From: Blasia pusilla
Taxonomy: Eukaryota
Direction of reading: 5' to 3'
Assembly (NCBI GenBank): GCA_050084515.1
Contig: CM114271.1
Span: 18,848,001-18,912,000 of the forward strand
Length of the DNA: 64,000 nucleotides
The stretch's first letter is position 1. Every line of letters starts with the position of its first letter. The notes under the pieces were generated by a model. That model made no database searches and had not been told where the DNA came from. It worked only from the letters and a program-made list of their open reading frames with translations. The position numbers and the translations under genes are program-made. Positions 62,927-64,000 of the stretch are shown here, piece by piece.

Positions 62927-63144
62927 TTAGCCTCGGATTCTATACAAATCTGGCTGCACTTTGAGCTTCTTCAGTCGCTTGGCTAGCACAATTCTCATCG
63001 CACCGTCTACGAATTCTCACTCAAGCTCGATTGCTGCTCTAGTGTAATGAGCCTACACGAAACCAGCTGAAGCTCGGGCAAAGGAAAGTATGTATTGGAG
63101 AGAAACGTACTCAAATCTCTCGACAGTTGATCCGTGGGCGCCAT
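62927..63144 (-). promoter_or_regulatory. Two candidate uORFs in the PAO leader (63144-63007, 45 aa; 62998-62927, 23 aa)
   Basis: ATG-initiated MAPTDQLSRDLSTFLSN...SENS* and MRIVLAKRLKKLKVQPDLYRIRG*, directly upstream of the candidate main ATG. Confidence 0.45.
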
Positions 63145-64000
63145 AAATGGCGCTGTGTGCGCTGTATAACGCCTTCCAGTGGTGAGATTAGGTCTCGCGC
63201 GAGTGAATCGAGAGCGTACAGGAGTGCACGGGTAGATGCCGTATAATGATGTTGACAAGAAGTCTAGAGGAGAAGAACGAAGACAGGTCGGTACGCAAGA
63301 GCGTGAACCAAATTACTAGCCACAAACGATATTAAACGGTAGTATCGTTGAAAACCAGGGAGGACTAAGAAATGCAATGGATGGAGGCCAAAACAATCCC
63401 GCCCGGGTCCGATAAAGTCGAATGACTAGAAAGAAAAACGGACGGACCGACATACAGAGAAGGATTCAGACGGATGGGGGAAACTAGCCAATCAGGCACT
63501 TCGGACCGGCGTACAGCGATGGATTGCAACCGGGCAAACAAGCGATGCTCTCACCCACACAGACACTCTCTGTGTCTCTGTCTTCGTCTTTCCACCGCAC
63601 TCCCCAAGAGACGTCGTGAGTGGTGCGCTATTCGGCGACGATATCGGATGCGCGCACGAGAGGAAGCTCTCAATGAGAGACCTACGCCGCTGTGCTAGAC
63701 AGCAATTTGACCGCTAGAGGAAGAAGAGAGCGCCGAATTTCAAGATTGCGACGCAATCCTGGCGGAGAGGGAGGGAGGGCGGACGGACGGAGAGGAGAGG
63801 AGAAACTGCGCTGGATAGATATCCCCACGGGAATCGAACGAATAATCGGTGGCCGCCTCAGGCGATAATCACAGCAAGGCAGCGAAAGAGCGAAACGGAA
63901 GCCCCGCGAGCGATTGCGACCGCGCAGGGGGCAGGCAGAGAGACACTGATAAACCGTGCAGTGTACGCAACGACGGCAGCAGCAGACGAGTCGAATTCCG

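Overview
Eukaryotic, land-plant-type genomic DNA (bryophyte-like, by inference). A ~50 kb nested transposon island lies between two intron-containing host genes on the minus strand. At the left is the 5' part of a two-pore channel gene (TPC1; exons 6013-5879 and 4157-4014, missed by the ORF track), with a near-intact Ty1/copia element in its second intron. At the right is a 10-exon polyamine oxidase (PAO2/3/4-type, C-terminal SRL) whose start exon is uncertain and whose leader carries uORFs. The island holds two CRE-type (RT + restriction-like endonuclease) non-LTR elements, Helitron-type ends, a hAT transposase relic with its MITE family, CACTA fragments, two more copia relics and long microsatellites. 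Two things stand out. (1) A Ty3/gypsy family has a C5 cytosine DNA methyltransferase domain between protease and RT (15.2-18.1 kb), and a related copy ends its integrase with a PHD finger (40.5 kb). (2) A ~17 kb unclassified element (18.8-35.6 kb) is bracketed by two different tandem arrays built on the palindrome GGAAC-N4-GTTCC. It carries decayed, intron-containing genes with ParB-like, possible amino-methyltransferase-like, FCP1-phosphatase-like and papain-like domains, but no visible transposase. All domain calls come from motif recognition by eye; no searches were run.
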